This document shows, piece after piece, positions 10,830-24,435 of a DNA stretch of 64,000 nucleotides. The translations under genes were made by a program, and so were the position numbers. Source of the stretch: Macrostomum lignano (Eukaryota); assembly GCA_002269645.1 (NCBI GenBank), contig NIVC01000869.1, forward strand, positions 248,001 through 312,000, written 5' to 3'. Position 1 is the first letter of the stretch, and each line of letters opens with the position of its first letter. The notes under the pieces are model-generated. The model ran no database searches, was not told the origin of the DNA, and saw only the letters and a program-made list of their open reading frames with translations.

Positions 10830-13589
10830 TTATAAGAAAATAAGCATAGCTAGATCACAACAAATAATATATATAGAGCCTAGATAAGATAAAGACCCTA
10901 CTGAGCTTCCGAAATTGCAAAACTAACTTAGCTAACAGTCAATTTATGAGTTTTATATGCACGACAATTACATCGAAACCAGATACAAAGTTTAGTTTCA
11001 CAACTAATATAATCTACTTAAGAAGTAAAAAACGATAATAATTCACTATCCAGCAGAGATAGTTGGGGCGATATACAACAAATGTTTAAATTGGATCCAG
11101 TTTCAAGTTACTCATTTACTCCTGCTTTCATTGTCTCTAACAAAGACAATAAATAATAAATGTTGTTTGCATTTTATGATTTTCATTTGAATTAAAAAAC
11201 AACAATGTCATGAGATAAAGTTTTTTTTTCAGTTGCAATTCTTTTTTGTCAACATTTGTCAAAAAATAAACAGCAGCACACATACGCGCACGCTTATTAT
11301 ACATGTGAATACTCACTTGAAAAGCACTCAGCCACTGTCGATAGTAACTTGAGTTATCCCTTCTGCCACTCCATGCTAAATAGACACAGCACTAATGGAT
11401 CCGCCATGGAGAGAAGTAGTATGTACACAGCCTCCGAAAGTTTCGTTGAGCAGTCAACATGACTATGGGAGAATTATAGCTGCAAGAAATTAAGAGCTCA
11501 AACTTTTTAGTTCAAATTAGTTTTTAACAGAATTATATTGTATATTAAGCAAGCAATACCAAAACTACTGTATTTACAAATATTAATAATACTGCCCTGG
11601 TTAATCATGATCATGAAAAAATGGTTTTCTTATTTAAATAACCCTATTTGAATAAGGTATCATTTAACTCATTATTGTGACGAATAAAGGCGGGAAGACG
11701 TACGTACGATTTGTGTAGCGGTTAAATTTGATAATCTAGAGCCAGTAGCCGACTTCCCTTAGCGTAAATTGCAGGTTTGGTAGATTGAATTGAAGGTTAG
11801 GTTTGGATTGGTAGCTGCTTAATGTTAGTGCGACTAAAGCAATTGAATGCGACGGCTAAGGGGCCTGCGAGAAGCGGAGCGAAAACCCAGAAGAGAAGGG
11901 AGAGAGCGGCGGCTGACTGCAAGCTTATATTTAATTGGTAAGGTAAACAGATAACAAACAACAGGACGCCTAATCCAAAACTCAGACAAACCCCTCACGC
12001 GGCGCGCAATGTAAATGTACAAATTAATCGATAAATATATCATGCAAGAATAACATACGTCAGTACATGTACATAGGTAGAACTACTTTACGAGAAATAA
12101 TAACGACATGAATGAAATACAAATAATAGAATAATTACATACGAGGCTACAAAAACAAAGCAATTAACAGTAAAAATAGCGCGATAATAATACGTACGAA
12201 ATGTTACGAATTGTTAAAATAAATGAAAGAATACTGTAGTAGTACGGTATGCATATGAAAATAAAGAAATACGATACACGCTTCTACGAATCACACTGTC
12301 ACATTATAATATAGTCATTATTTATTAAGTTATATTTTAATGAAGACCAAGTCCTATAGTACAATGAACATAGCCTATAGGTGCAGAAGGTGAAGAGCAT
12401 AGGTTTATTTTGTAAAAATTGGGTGCAAATTGCAAGTTTCAACTGCTTTTTGCTATTAGCAACAGTTTTTTGGTTGCAGTTACAAGTGTTGCAATCAGAA
12501 ATTTGACTAGGCCTAGAACAAAAATAGGGGCACTTATTTACTTTTGCAGTGGACTAAGCACAAAAATAAGGCAGTTGCCTCAATTAGTAAGTAAATGAAA
12601 TGAGTAAATAAATGATTAAGTGTACTAAAAATAATTTTAAAAATGAATCACTTGACATCAACATCAACACATAATAGGTCTTAGTCATAGATAGCTAGAT
12701 CCACTATCCAAAAAGCCAAAACAAACAAGGAAAACATGTTTGCATAGATGCTTAGCAGCCTAGATAGTCTAGCAAGCTCTTTTTACAGTTACTATAATAT
12801 AGCAGATCCAAGTCAGAACAGAATTAAATTAAATGCAAAAAGGCACTTAACAATTAAGGCATAATTTGTTGTGAAATTTTGAATATAACAGGCTACAGTT
12901 GTGCAATAGTATTGTAGCAGTCACATATGAAAGTGTAATCTAAACTTGTCTGAGAATTTAGTATTCTGCAACCTGCAATATCGAACATAAAGATTGAAGT
13001 TGATTTGCAAGTACAATGGCAACCTTTATATGCCATAATTTGATAATTTAACATGCTGTCAGATGCGCAGGTTCATCTGAATTAATCTGGGGATAGATGT
13101 ATCACTCTTATACAATTTAGGTACAATTGAATTTATAGCGCACTTAACAAAGAAGAAAATTAAGTAGGTACACTTCCCAGAGAGTAGTTTTTAAATTTCG
13201 TTAATTTTTCATGCGCTTTAACAATGCGACGCGATACAAAGCAAAGTATTCTTAAATCACTTAACAATAAATTGTAAAGTAATTTGATTAGGTTTTTTCT
13301 CAATTTAGAAAACCGAAAAGAAAGTTGCGAAAAACGATAGGTACGAACATTCAAATGATTTTAGCAGTTCCACCATGCAACGTGTCACTGCGACGTATTT
13401 ATACGCATAATAGACGTCGCAGATTTTTCCGAAATGTAAAATGCCGATTTTTAAGGTCATATTACTTTTCTGATGTCATTCATAATGCATTCCTTTATAA
13501 ACAAGTTAAAATAAATGCTGCAGAACATTGGAATTAATTTTTTTTCGAACGTCCCGCTTGGGACATTAGAGACCAAACAGTGGGACGTC

Positions 13590-16102
13590 CAATTGTTATA
13601 CGGGCCTTCCTTCGGGTGTGTTTTTATAATAATTGGGATCATCCTCCCATTGGAATCAGCTATTGGTAATTTTTGTTTCATGCAACCTCCATATAAATTG
13701 TTTGCATCTAGATATAATACATATGATGATTTTAGTTTTTTATTATAACTGGGTAAATATTTATTGTTTACTTTAGTATATCTATCTCCTAAAACCCCCG
13801 AGAATCCACCGCGAATTCCACGCTCCATCATTAACAACATATCATGATCAGTTAGTAAATCAATTTTAACATCTGTATGTTTCAGGCCGCATGCCCATGT
13901 TAATCCGGGTGCGCTGAAGCAATAAGCGGGATCAATTTTAAAATTCTCATATGTATGATTTCTAAAGTTTTCAAAAGCATCAGCTAATAGGAGAACATCA
14001 GCTTGAAGATAGATGTAATGATAATCTTTAAATGTTTTACAATTAAAATACTTCCATACATTTTGTGCGTCTTCATAATCCGCTTCAGTTATATTTGCTT
14101 GTGATAACATTGAATAAAACTTTTCAACTGGGGGTAGTTGGGTATCATCAAATACCTTTTCAGATGTTACACATTCATATGGATATACAACCTTGCGAGT
14201 TAATAATAGTAATTCTTCTTTGGATAGTTTTTCTTTTTTGAATTTATTTAATAGACTTGGAAAGTTTTTCTTTAGTATTTCTATTTCCATAGGTTTTGGA
14301 ACTAATGATGAAACAACATTAGCTAGAGAAGTTGATAAGAACCTCAATAAATCTAGAAAAACTAGATGGGAATATTTTTTACCATATGTTATTGATATAT
14401 AGTTTTCTGAAGTTTTTAATAATATATTTACTTCATATTAATCTTTATCTAAATGAAGCAATTCGCGAACAAGGAAATGAAAATCATAACCAGATCCATT
14501 ATGAAAAAATACTGGTATTTCCTTACATCCTTTGCCTTCTTTTGCGTTACATGATCTGCAAGCTGCTCCACGATAATTTCCTGTTAGATGACAATGTTCT
14601 CGTATTTTATTGTTCTTACTTAATTTCATTTTACATAGAAAACAATTAGTTGCATTCTTATAATTATCTTTATCTTTTTCAGTCATAATTATCTCTTTTG
14701 ATAACTTATCATATTGATATTAAATTTCTTCAAATATTTTTACTAGTTTTTCCGCTATGTGTTTGCTCGCGTCGGCTCCAAAATAAGTAAATGTCCTCGA
14801 TTTAAATATATGATCAGCTACAGAGTGTACATATTTCCAATAACTATTTGGAAACTGCTGCGCTAATTTTTTGTGCAGTCTGTAGTTTCAGCCTGTTCGA
14901 TGGGTATATTAGAAGCTTCAAAATCAGCATATATTACAATTGGTTTTTTGATTGCCATATAATGTTGTTGGAACTTTAAGGTTTTTTCTTTTTCATTTGG
15001 CATTACTACATTAGTAAATTTGTGATCTTAACAAAATCTTTGATGGTTTTTAAGAGCTATTTCATCTTTTTTAAATGTGAAACAGTTTCTACATAATAAC
15101 TCTTTATTTCGACTTATTTCTAAAAATGCTTTAATGTCCTTTATGTATACATAATGTGTTTCATTTCCGCGCTGTATATACAATAAATCGATTTGATCTG
15201 GTGCTGTTATATCAGTTGCTGGTTTAACTTGGAAACATATTTTTTTATACTAATCTTTATCACCGTCGTTAATCTCTTCTGGCTCTTCAATTGAAAATAC
15301 ATTAATATTTAATCCATTCATTTTTTCAATCTTATATATATCATCTATTGACACTGGGTATGATATGTTTTTCATTATTATTTCATCCTCATATTCTGTA
15401 TAATTAGATATTCTTTCGGGGTGTGATATTACTTGTTCATGGTACTTATGAATTAGTAAACACCATAATAAACACCTATTATCTGTATTCTTGGGGTTTA
15501 TAATTTTTTGGGGATTTAAATCCTAGGAACAGGTGTGATCTTCCTTTAAGAATTTCTATGGGAACAATCTTTACTGTGGATGAATTACAAGAAACAAATA
15601 CAAAACCTGATCCATTTTCTGTCATCTTATCTATCTATTCATCAAACTCTGCTTCTATCTGATCAAATTGATTGTTGTATGTACCCATAGATAAAAGTGA
15701 CTTATATGATTCTTGTGAAAAGGTATTTATTACTTCAATTGCTGCATCTGCATTAATCATATTTGGTTTTGTAAATTCTGTTTCAATTTCTATTTTATAC
15801 TTAATTGGTTGCCTTTTGTTATTTGGACTCATAGTAATCTATCTAGTATATTCTTTAATTTTTTTCATTTGTTTAAAATATTCTTTATAATCTGTATTTA
15901 TATCAATATCTATATTTTTTATTTCAGCCCCATTTGCCGTTGGTTATTCTATTTTATCTAATTGTCTTTGTATATGGATTTCATTTTCTGCTCTAACTCT
16001 AGCTTCTATTTCTGCCCTATCGGCCATTCTTTGTGCTTCTATTTGAGCTACTAATTGAGCTCTAAGTTCTGGGTTGTCTATTTGGGCTAAAATAGCTTCC
16101 AT
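13590..16102 (-). pseudogene. polB: Protein-primed DNA polymerase B (Polinton A), multiple frameshifts, 3'-truncated
   Basis: IYADFEA; CFLC...EHCHLTGNYRGAACRSCN; FHNGSGYDFHF; VYPYE; DVLLLADAFENFR; RGIRGGFS; YLDANNLYG. Breaks off after ...NTPEG at ~13590. Confidence 0.9.
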
Positions 16103-16112
16103 TTTATAGAAT

Positions 16113-16365
16113 TGTGGCGGCCCAATCAGCACGCAGCCAGCGATTGCGAGTACATCTGCACTGAAACCCCCTGCCCGCCAGGCTGGGGGGTGGGTGTACT
16201 CGGACAGACAGCCAATATGCTAAGTCGGGGGGTTGGCCTTCGATCGTGCCACCTTTTTGGCGCACCTTCCCATGTGATCGCGTGCTTATTTATACTTACC
16301 GCGTAAAGCAAATAAACTTTTACTTTTCTCGCTTGCAACTTACTTCGTTTTCGCAAGCCGCTAAA
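16113..16365 (+). repeat. 5' LTR
   Basis: TGTGGCGG...GCCGCTAAA. I found one substitution versus the 3' LTR (CACCTTCCC vs CACCTCCCC). Confidence 0.95.
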
Positions 16366-16366
16366 T

Positions 16367-16383
16367 TGGTGAGCCCGACATAG
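16367..16383 (+). promoter_or_regulatory. Primer-binding site, tRNA-Trp-like
   Basis: TGGTGAGCCCGACATAG vs the tRNA-Trp complement TGGTGACCCCGACGTGA, immediately after the LTR. Confidence 0.75.
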
Positions 16384-16395
16384 CTATTTCGTACA

Positions 16396-17118
16396 ATGGC
16401 TTCCAACACAGAGGCAGCTGTCTCTCTCAAACTGCCCACGTTTTGGGCAGCTCAACCCCGCGCATGGTTCATTCAAGCCGAAGCCCAGTTTTCTCGGCGC
16501 GGAATCACGCAAGATGCGACCAAGTACAACTACTTGGTGGCAGCGCTCGACCAGCAAACGGCTGAACGCCTCCTCGACATTTTAGAGGCTCCCCCAGCAG
16601 AGGGCAAGTACGAGACGCTGAAGCAACGTCTCAAAGGCACCTTCGACTTGACGAGGCAGCAGAGGGCCAGTCGCCTGCTCAACATGACCGGCCTCGGTGA
16701 TCGGCGGCCCTCAGAACTCATGGATGAGATGCTCGCCCTGCTGGGAGACCACCCACCGTGCCTGCTCTTCGAAGAGCTGTTCCGCCAGCAGCTGCCGCCG
16801 GACGTGCGCATGACCATGGCAGCCGCCGACTTCGCGGAGCCTCGGCAAGCAGCGCAGCTCGCCGACAGGCTGTGGGCCAGCAGGCCGCAGTTCACCGCTG
16901 CCTCCGTCCAGCAGCCAGCGGTGGCGACCTCCCTGCCGCCTGACCAGCCGGCGGTGGCTTCGGCCAGCAGGAGCAGCCGCCCGGCCCGGCAGCATCGGCC
17001 CCCACAGCGCGGTCAGGACAGCGGGCTGTGCTTTTATCATCGCCGGTTCGGCGCGAAGGCCCATCGCTGCGAGGCACCCTGCAGCTTCCAGGGAAACGGG
17101 CAGGCCGGCCGTCAGTGA
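16396..17118 (+). CDS. gag: Gag with CHCC zinc finger
   Basis: [21 protein letters not shown] and [18 protein letters not shown], the CsRn1 signature. Confidence 0.95.
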   Translation: MASNTEAAVSLKLPTFWAAQPRAWFIQAEAQFSRRGITQDATKYNYLVAALDQQTAERLLDILEAPPAEGKYETLKQRLKGTFDLTRQQRASRLLNMTGLGDRRPSELMDEMLALLGDHPPCLLFEELFRQQLPPDVRMTMAAADFAEPRQAAQLADRLWASRPQFTAASVQQPAVATSLPPDQPAVASASRSSRPARQHRPPQRGQDSGLCFYHRRFGAKAHRCEAPCSFQGNGQAGRQ

Positions 17119-20100
17119 ACAGCTCGGCGGCCGGCAACAACAGCAGCCTGTTGCTCATTCCCGATGTGCTGACGGGCCGGCGTTTTCTGGTCGACACGGG
17201 CGCCGAGGTCAGCATCTTCCCTGTCACTGGCACCGATGCACGCCTGCGGTCCACTGGCCCGCCGCTTTACGCAGCCAATGGCAGCCTGATCCGCACCTTC
17301 GGCTCCCGGCAGCTCACGCTCGACCTCGGCATCAAGCGCTGCTCCTGGCCGTTCGTCTTGGCCGAAGTCTCGCGCCTGCTGATCGGCGCGGACTTCCTCC
17401 GCCACCACGGCCTGCAGGTGGACCTGCCGCACCGGCGGCTCCTGGACGCTTGCTCGCTCGCCAGCGTGCACCTGCTGGACGGCATCGGGCCTGGTCTGCA
17501 GCTCGCCGCGGCTGCCACCGCGGACCCGTACAGCCAGCTGCTGGCCGAGTTCTCCGCTCTCACGGAGCCCAGTTTCCAGCGGGCTGAGCCACGGCAAGGG
17601 GTGGAGCACCACATCCCGACGCAGGGCCCGCCGGTCCACGCCCGCCCTCGCCGCCTGCCGCCGGACAAGCTGGCGGTGGCCAAGGAGGAGTTCCGGCTCC
17701 TGGAGCAGCTCGGCATCGTGCGCCGGTCCAACAGCCCGTGGTCCTCACCGCTGCACATGGTGCCCAAGGCCTCGGGTGGCTGGCGTCCCTGCGGCGATTT
17801 CAGGCGGCTCAACGACGCCACGGTGCCCGACCGCTACCCGGTGCCGCATATTCAGGGCTTTTCAGCGCGCCTGGCCGGCTGCTCGGTCTTCTCCAAGATC
17901 GACCTGGTTCGCGGCTACCACCAAGTGCCCGTGGCTGCGGCCGATGTGCCCAAGACCGCCGTCATCACCCCGTTCGGCCTCTTCGAGTTCCTGCGAATGC
18001 CGTTCGGGCTCAAGAACGCCGCCCAGGCCTTCCAGCGGTTGGTGGACTCCGTCTGCCAGGATCTCGACTTCGTTTTCGCCTACATTGACGATTTCCTAGT
18101 CGCCAGCCGCAGCCCGCAGCAGCACCTGGAGCACCTGCGCACGCTGTTCCAGCGCCTGGCGGACAACGGTCTGATCATCAACCCGGCAAAGTGCGAGTTC
18201 GGCCGCAGTGAGATCGACTTCCTCGGCCACCGGATCAGCGCCCAGGGAGCCGTGCCGCTGCCCGCCAAAGTCGACGCCATCGCCAGGTTCGCGCCGCCAG
18301 CCACCGTCAAGGGCCTGCAGGAGTTCGCCGGCATGGTGAATTTCTACCACCGCTTCGTGCCGCGGGCCGCCCAGCTGCTGCGCCCCATCCATGCGGCCAC
18401 TGCTGGCAAGGAGAAGCTCGTGAGGTGGACGCCCGAGCTGACTGCCGCCTTCGAAGGAGCCAAGCGGGCACTAGCTTCCGCCGCACTGTTGGCGCACCCG
18501 CGGGCGGACGCGCCCATCGCCCTCACTGTCGACGCCTCGGACACCGCCGTCGGCGCAGCGCTCGAGCAGCGGGTGGGCGGCGCGTGGCAGCCGCTCGCTT
18601 TCTTCAGCCGGCAGCTCCGAGCGCCTGAGCAGAAGTACAGCGCGTTCGACCGTGAGCTGCTTGCCCTGTACCTGGCGGTCCGGCATTTTCGCTACGCGCT
18701 CGAGGGCCGCGCCTTCACCGCCTTCACGGACCACAAGCCACTCGTCGCGGCCATGTCTAAGATGTCGGACCCGTGGTTAGCACGACAGCAGCGGCATCTG
18801 GCGTACGTGTCTGAGTTCACCACCGATGTCCAGCACGTGGCGGGCAAGGACAACCCGGTGGCGGATGCGCTGTCCCGCTGCACGATCGCCTCGGTACAGC
18901 ACCGGCTGCTACCCGGTGTGGACTTCGCGGCCATGGCGCAGGCGCAGACAGCAGACCCGACTGCCCAAGAGGACGCTAGCCTTCAGCTCGAGCCGCTGCA
19001 GCTCAGCCCTGGCGTCGCCCTGCTGTGCGACATCTCGACCGGCCGGCCGCGCCCGCTGGTGCCTCCGGATTTCCGACGCGCCGTCTTCGACGCCATCCAT
19101 GGCCTCGCCCACCCGTCAGTCCGCAGCACGCGGCGCCTCGTGGCCGCCAAATTCGTGTGGGCTGGCATGAACCGGGACGTCAGCCGGTGGGCGCGCACTT
19201 GCGTAGCCTGCCAGACGGCCAAGGTGCATCGGCACGTCACCGCCCCGGTAGAGAGCATTCGCGTCCCAGACCAGCGCTTCGCCCACGTGCATGTCGACTT
19301 GGTGGGGCCGCTGCCGTCGTCTCAAGGCTTTACGCATCTGCTGACGATCGTTGACCGATTCACCAGGTGGCCGGAGGCGATCCCGATGACTGACACTTCC
19401 GCCGCAGCCTGTGCCTCCGCCTTCATCGCCCACTGGGTTGCCCGATTTGGCGTGCCGGGTGATCTCACCTCGGACCGCGGCTCGCAGTTCACGTCGCAGC
19501 TCTGGTCCAACGTCTCCCGGCTGCTCGGCATGCAGCTGCACCGGACTACGGCCTTCCATCCGCAGGCGAACGGGCTGGTCGAGCGGTTCCATCGGCAGCT
19601 GAAGGCCGCCCTCAGGGCGCGGCTGATGGGACTGGCCTGGGTCAGCGAGCTGCCCTGGGTGCTGCTCGGCATCCGGACGGCGCCCAAGGAGGACCTGCCG
19701 GCATCATCGGCTGAGCTGGTTTACGGAGCGCCCCTCTGCGTGCCCGGCGAGTGCCTGCAGCCCGGCCCGGCAACCGAAGGCCACGACCAGTTTCTCGTTC
19801 GGCTCCGCGACGCAGTCCAGGCGTTCCGGCCGACACCCACGGCGCATCACGGCTGCCGCCCGACCGCCTGGCCCGCCGCACTCGATGCCTGCCGTTCGTG
19901 TTCGTCCGGCGTGACGGTCACCGAGCCCCGCTGCAGAAGCCGTATGACGGCCCATTCAAGGTCCTCGAGCGGGACGCCAAGACCTTCCTGCTCGACCTGG
20001 GGACGCGCCAGGACCGCGTGACAGTCGACAGGTTGAAGCCGGCCATCATCGACTCGCGAGAGCCAGTCCCGCTGCCATCTGTACGACCGAGAGGCCGCCC

Positions 20101-20215
20101 GCCTAAGCGGCCTGTACCGCCCTCGGCCGCCGCTGACAGCCAGCAACCCCAGGCCGCCCTCCCCAGCCGCCGGCAGCCGCCTCGCCGGTGCCGCCGAACG
20201 GTTTTCGACACATAG
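17090..20215 (+). pseudogene. pol: Pol (PR-RT-RNaseH-IN), probably via -1 frameshift at GGGAAAC; extra frameshift ~19885
   Basis: [36 protein letters not shown] and VERFHR. The GPY/F tail (PYDGPFKV...VDRLKP) is in another frame (ORF 19751-20215). Confidence 0.92.
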
Positions 20216-20235
20216 CTCGGTGCTGGGGGGAGCTG

Positions 20236-20488
20236 TGTGGCGGCCCAATCAGCACGCAGCCAGCGATTGCGAGTACATCTGCACTGAAACCCCCTGCCCG
20301 CCAGGCTGGGGGGTGGGTGTACTCGGACAGACAGCCAATATGCTAAGTCGGGGGGTTGGCCTTCGATCGTGCCACCTTTTTGGCGCACCTCCCCATGTGA
20401 TCGCGTGCTTATTTATACTTACCGCGTAAAGCAAATAAACTTTTACTTTTCTCGCTTGCAACTTACTTCGTTTTCGCAAGCCGCTAAA
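20236..20488 (+). repeat. 3' LTR
   Basis: Follows the PPT GGGGGGAG and is followed by GAAT. Confidence 0.95.
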
Positions 20489-20565
20489 GAATATAATTTA
20501 TACAATGTTTGAATTCATAGTTTTTAATTTTGTGTTTTATTGGTCTAGACCCTCCCCACAGAAAC

Positions 20566-21557
20566 CTATTCGAGTTCCGCTTTAGGTAACAGTAAGCCTT
20601 TGCCTGAAACGTTTGCATTTAAAAAGATCCCTGATCCTGCTTTTGGTATTATTTCAAGATATAATCCACTTCCATCATGTTTTTCAATTATGTTAAAATC
20701 TTTTCCTAATTTATTAAAATTCTTCTGAACCGCTGGCCTAAAGTTGGCTCTAATATTGTCAAAACATCCTTTAGCTTTTTCACCTGTTTTTTCTAAGGTT
20801 TGTCCAAACTTATGTAATTTGTCTGCGACAACTCCGCTTCCATGGGTTGTTCCTTGTAGCATTAAACCATCGCCGTGAGTTCTACCTTTTAAAATTAAAC
20901 CTTCTCCGGCTGCTAATCTAGCTTCCGCATTTCTTTTTTGTTCTGCTGTTGCTGAGCTGCTACTAATGGTATCTATAAGTTTTTGTTTAAATTGTGCATC
21001 CTGTGTTATTTGCTTTCTTTGAAACTTAGCCTCTCGTTTGGCTTTTTCATCCGCAGCTTTTTGTCATTTACTGCTTTTGCAATTCCAGCCGCTCCGCCTG
21101 CTACTCCATCAGCTGCTCCGATTCCTGCATAAATTATTGGGAGCAAAGTTGCGAGTGGAAGTATACCCCCTTGTTTTGCTTTTAATTCCGCTAACTGTTT
21201 TCTATTATCGTGAATTCTTTTGGCTGCTAATGTAGTTGCTTCTGCGGCGCCAAGTCCTAAAAGAATTGGTAGAATGGGCAATAATCCACCATCCTTTTTA
21301 GTGTGAGTCTCTATTAAAAACTTCACATCCGATTCCGTTAATCTATAAGTTTTATTATTATGTTTAAGTGAAATTGGCCTTCCTTCTTGTGCATATTTTG
21401 CAGCTAGTTTAAATGTCTCAATATCATCATCTAATTTTTTTACCAACCTATCAATTCGTTTTAAAATTGTGCGGCTATGTTTGTTATCATCTAAATTTAA
21501 ACTGTCTACTATTTCACATAGAAAAAGTGTGCGATTTTCATCATTATCTGAGTCCAT
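20566..21557 (-). pseudogene. Polinton A core-protein precursor with two pX-like segments and six G-x-G motifs (one frameshift ~21060)
   Basis: DGG|LLPILPILL and QGG|ILPLATLLPII. Adding one A in GACAAAAAG joins ORFs 21006-21557 and 20566-20862 via AADEKAKREAKF...AGEGLIL. Confidence 0.7.
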
Positions 21558-21559
21558 TT

Positions 21560-21976
21560 TTATATTACTAAAACTTCTTTAATCCTTTTCCGCCTTTAAT
21601 TGAGGTTAACATTTTATTAAAATCTTGGATGTCTTTATTGCTCAATGGGTTACTTTTAGTAGGTGTTTCAGTAGCTTGTGCGGCTTGAGCAGCTTCTTGT
21701 GCTAGCTTTAAATCTTTTATTGCTTTTTTGCGAGAGGGTGTCGTTAAATTCTCTCAATTTCTTGAGCTTTTCTGCTGCCTTACCTGCTTCTATTCCACCC
21801 TTGACTGCGTTGGTTACAGAGCCTGCTGCTGAACCTGCTCGTGCTATTAGTGGCATATTATCTTTTATTGTATTTGCTGCGGCGCGTATTATGTCAAAAA
21901 GACCCTCACCTCGGTATTCTACTGGGTCTCCTATTTGCAATTCATTCAGATTGTATACTTGCGTATGGTGTGCCAT
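21560..21976 (-). pseudogene. Polinton A small core-like protein (homolog of 52624-53013), frameshift in an A-run ~21725
   Basis: GEGLFDII...AAGSVTNAVK matches GNGLADLI...AAGSVATAAK. The corrected tail KMLTSIKGGKG matches KMRASIKKGSG. Confidence 0.7.
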
Positions 21977-22266
21977 TTTTGTCTATTTTAGTAACAGAAA
22001 AAATGAAGCTGCAGACACAAAAGAATAGGGTAGACGTAAAGATTGTGTATTTTATATCATTATTCTGAAAGTTCAGAATAAATTCTGAACATTAAAAAAT
22101 TACAAATTATAAAAAGTGGCTAGTGCTTATTGTCCATTCAATGTTTTTAAGTTAGCTATTAAAAACTACTCCCTCATAGTATTCGTAGACATGTCCGACA
22201 TGCTTTCAGCAAGTAGGGTCTCTTCGTCATAGTCTTCTCCTTCGAATCAAATGGTAATAGGCGCCC

Positions 22267-22760
22267 TCATCTTGCAGTCATAGTTTGGATCCTCGGACGC
22301 AAATTTTCAATGGCCACCTTGTAAGATAGCAGCATTTCAAAAGCGTAGCCAGTTGCCTGCAGAGCTGGGTATTTGGTTATGAGGCCATAGAACGTATATA
22401 GCCGCTGGGAAAAATTTGTTTCGATGCCCAGCCTTTTGGCTACGCCTTCGACGGTTAGCCCATGTTTTTCTCTCGAATTGGCTATAATTTCGGCCTGCTT
22501 TTTCCGCGCGATGCACGCCAACATATCTAAGCTGACCACAAACGATTCCAGCTCTTGGAATTGGAATTGGGCGACATAATCATGTGGACTGACCTCGGCG
22601 GTGCATAGTCGCTTAGCATCATTGAAGCTAAAAAACAAAATATACGAGTAATAAACAATTTGTTTACGCAAATTAAATAAAGTTATAAAAATGAAAACTT
22701 ACTTCGTCTTGACCGTGCAAGCCTCGTTTCGTATGTTGTCTAGTTTAACCTTCAGATTCG
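22267..22760 (-). pseudogene. Possible homolog of the 42392-43075 protein, with a candidate intron (~22625-22703)
   Basis: RLYTFYGLITKYPAL vs LYMKLFKLESEYPGL. GTAAGT...TTTTAG splicing keeps the frame. Confidence 0.4.
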
Positions 22761-24019
22761 CCACAAAGCGCGCACCTCTCTGTCGATATTGTCACGAGTT
22801 TTGTCGTGGTGAAGGAATACTAGTTGAGACAACACGGCGGTTTGTAGCGGTAGCACTGGCAATATAGCGGCAGCAAGTTGGCCGTAGGCTTGTTTATTTG
22901 AGTAGTAGTCAGATTGACACGAGGGTTAACAGTTCAATATAGTGGACTACTGTACTGGGCACTGGCGGCAGCGCAACAATGAGTTGAGTTAATTCGAAGG
23001 CGGTTGAGCACGATGAAGGTGATCCCAAGTGGCGAATGATGGTAGTGAGCAAACAGTGCGGTGGCGAATGATGGTAGTGAGCAAACAGTGCGGTGGCACT
23101 AGGAGAATAGACAGGCAATGGAAAGGCGTAAACAGGTCTGGCTGGCGAGTCAGGCCCAGACAGGGTGGGCCGTGGCGGGAGATAAGAGAGAAGGAAAACG
23201 AGAGGCCACGAGAGAGAGGAGAGCCACAAGAAAGGAAAGGAAAGGAAAGGAAAGTGAAAAAAACCCCAGCCCGCCGCCAGGCGGGGTTAATAAAGAGCGC
23301 AGAAGGGTTAGCATAATACACGCGGAGAGTTTTCATTGGCTGGCGGGGGGAAAACAAGAACTTGAAATTATCGATCGTGCTAGGTTTTACAGACGAACGC
23401 AAGGTTTATCAAATACACAGTGAATTAGCAATTGATACAGATTAGTTGCACGCTACTACAAGTAAACGTGAGAATAAACTATAGGATAATTTTAAATGAG
23501 AAATTGTAAGGAAAGTTGCAGTCCAACGGCCCTTTTGCGGGACCAATTTAAACTAGCAACGTCACAATATTCTCTTTTGCTTTCTTCTCGTTCCCTTCAC
23601 CCCTAGTCTTTTTAATAGATTCTTGATCGATCTTCACTAAATTAGCTAAGAGCGCCTGCTGATCTTGGTCTTGCAATCTTACTAACTGCTATAGCAGTTG
23701 TGGTCGAATCCTTTGCGCCGATACTTTTAATGGTTGATAATATTTGGCTTGGAATATTAGCCATTATTTTAAAATAACAAAAATTGCTATGTTTATGAAA
23801 CGGGTGAAATGTCTATTCAGTTGTGGCGGGGTAAGTGGCTATTCAGTTGCGGCGGGGGGGTTCATATATATTTTTTTCCATGACAATAGATAGAATTCAT
23901 GCAATCCATTCAACTCACGCGGCGAGAGCAACACGTGAGAAAAAATTTAGCCTCGCGTTTTGGTTTGAATAAAATGCAAGACTCAGAATAGTGTGCTGTG
24001 GGTGGACGGGCACTCGAAG

Positions 24020-24290
24020 ACCCCGAATTCCTGTGTTAGTCATAAACTGTGTCTGCGTCCCTTCGGTTGATAAAATGAAGTTTACTATAGTCGACCCTAT
24101 TGTTGTGATGTGAGCTTGTTTGTGAGTAGCGCGAGTAGACCCCCAAATTCCTGTGTTAGTCATCAGACTGTGTCTGCGACCCTTCGGAACGATAGAATGA
24201 AGTTTGCTATAGTCGTCTATATTGTTGCAATGCAAACTTGCTTGTGTGTAGCGTGAATAGAACCCCGAATTCCCGTGTTAGTCATCAGAT
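24020..24290. repeat. ~120-bp tandem repeat, 2.3 copies
   Basis: ACCCC(G/A)AATTCC(T/C)GTGTTAGTCAT at ~24020, ~24139 and ~24262. Confidence 0.8.
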
Positions 24291-24435
24291 AAAATCCTTT
24301 GAGACCCTTTGCGCCTGCGCGCGGGTGGGGGTTAGAAAGAGTTTGTGTGTGTTAGAAGTGTTGGAAGTGTTAGTAAGTGATGGAAGTGTTGGTTGGTGTT
24401 GGAAGTGTTTAGAAGGGATAAATGTGTCTTAATGT

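Larger units (their letters stand above)
16113..20488 (+). mobile_element. CsRn1-clade Gypsy LTR retrotransposon, full length and young
   Basis: 253-bp LTRs, TSD GAAT (or AGAAT), tRNA-Trp-like PBS, PPT GGGGGGAG, CHCC Gag and complete Pol. Confidence 0.95.

Noticed and set aside
11670-12300. Candidate 5' LTR of the minus-strand Gypsy element (TATA-like AAATATAAG, pyrimidine-rich tract)
   Set aside because: There is no second copy in the window and no convincing PBS, so boundaries cannot be supported.
13140-13590. Possible DNA-transposon end truncating pPolB A
   Set aside because: I found no matching opposite TIR or TSD.
17112-20388. Many antisense and alternative-frame ORFs over the CsRn1 pol gene
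   Set aside because: They are shadow ORFs expected from high GC content and codon bias.
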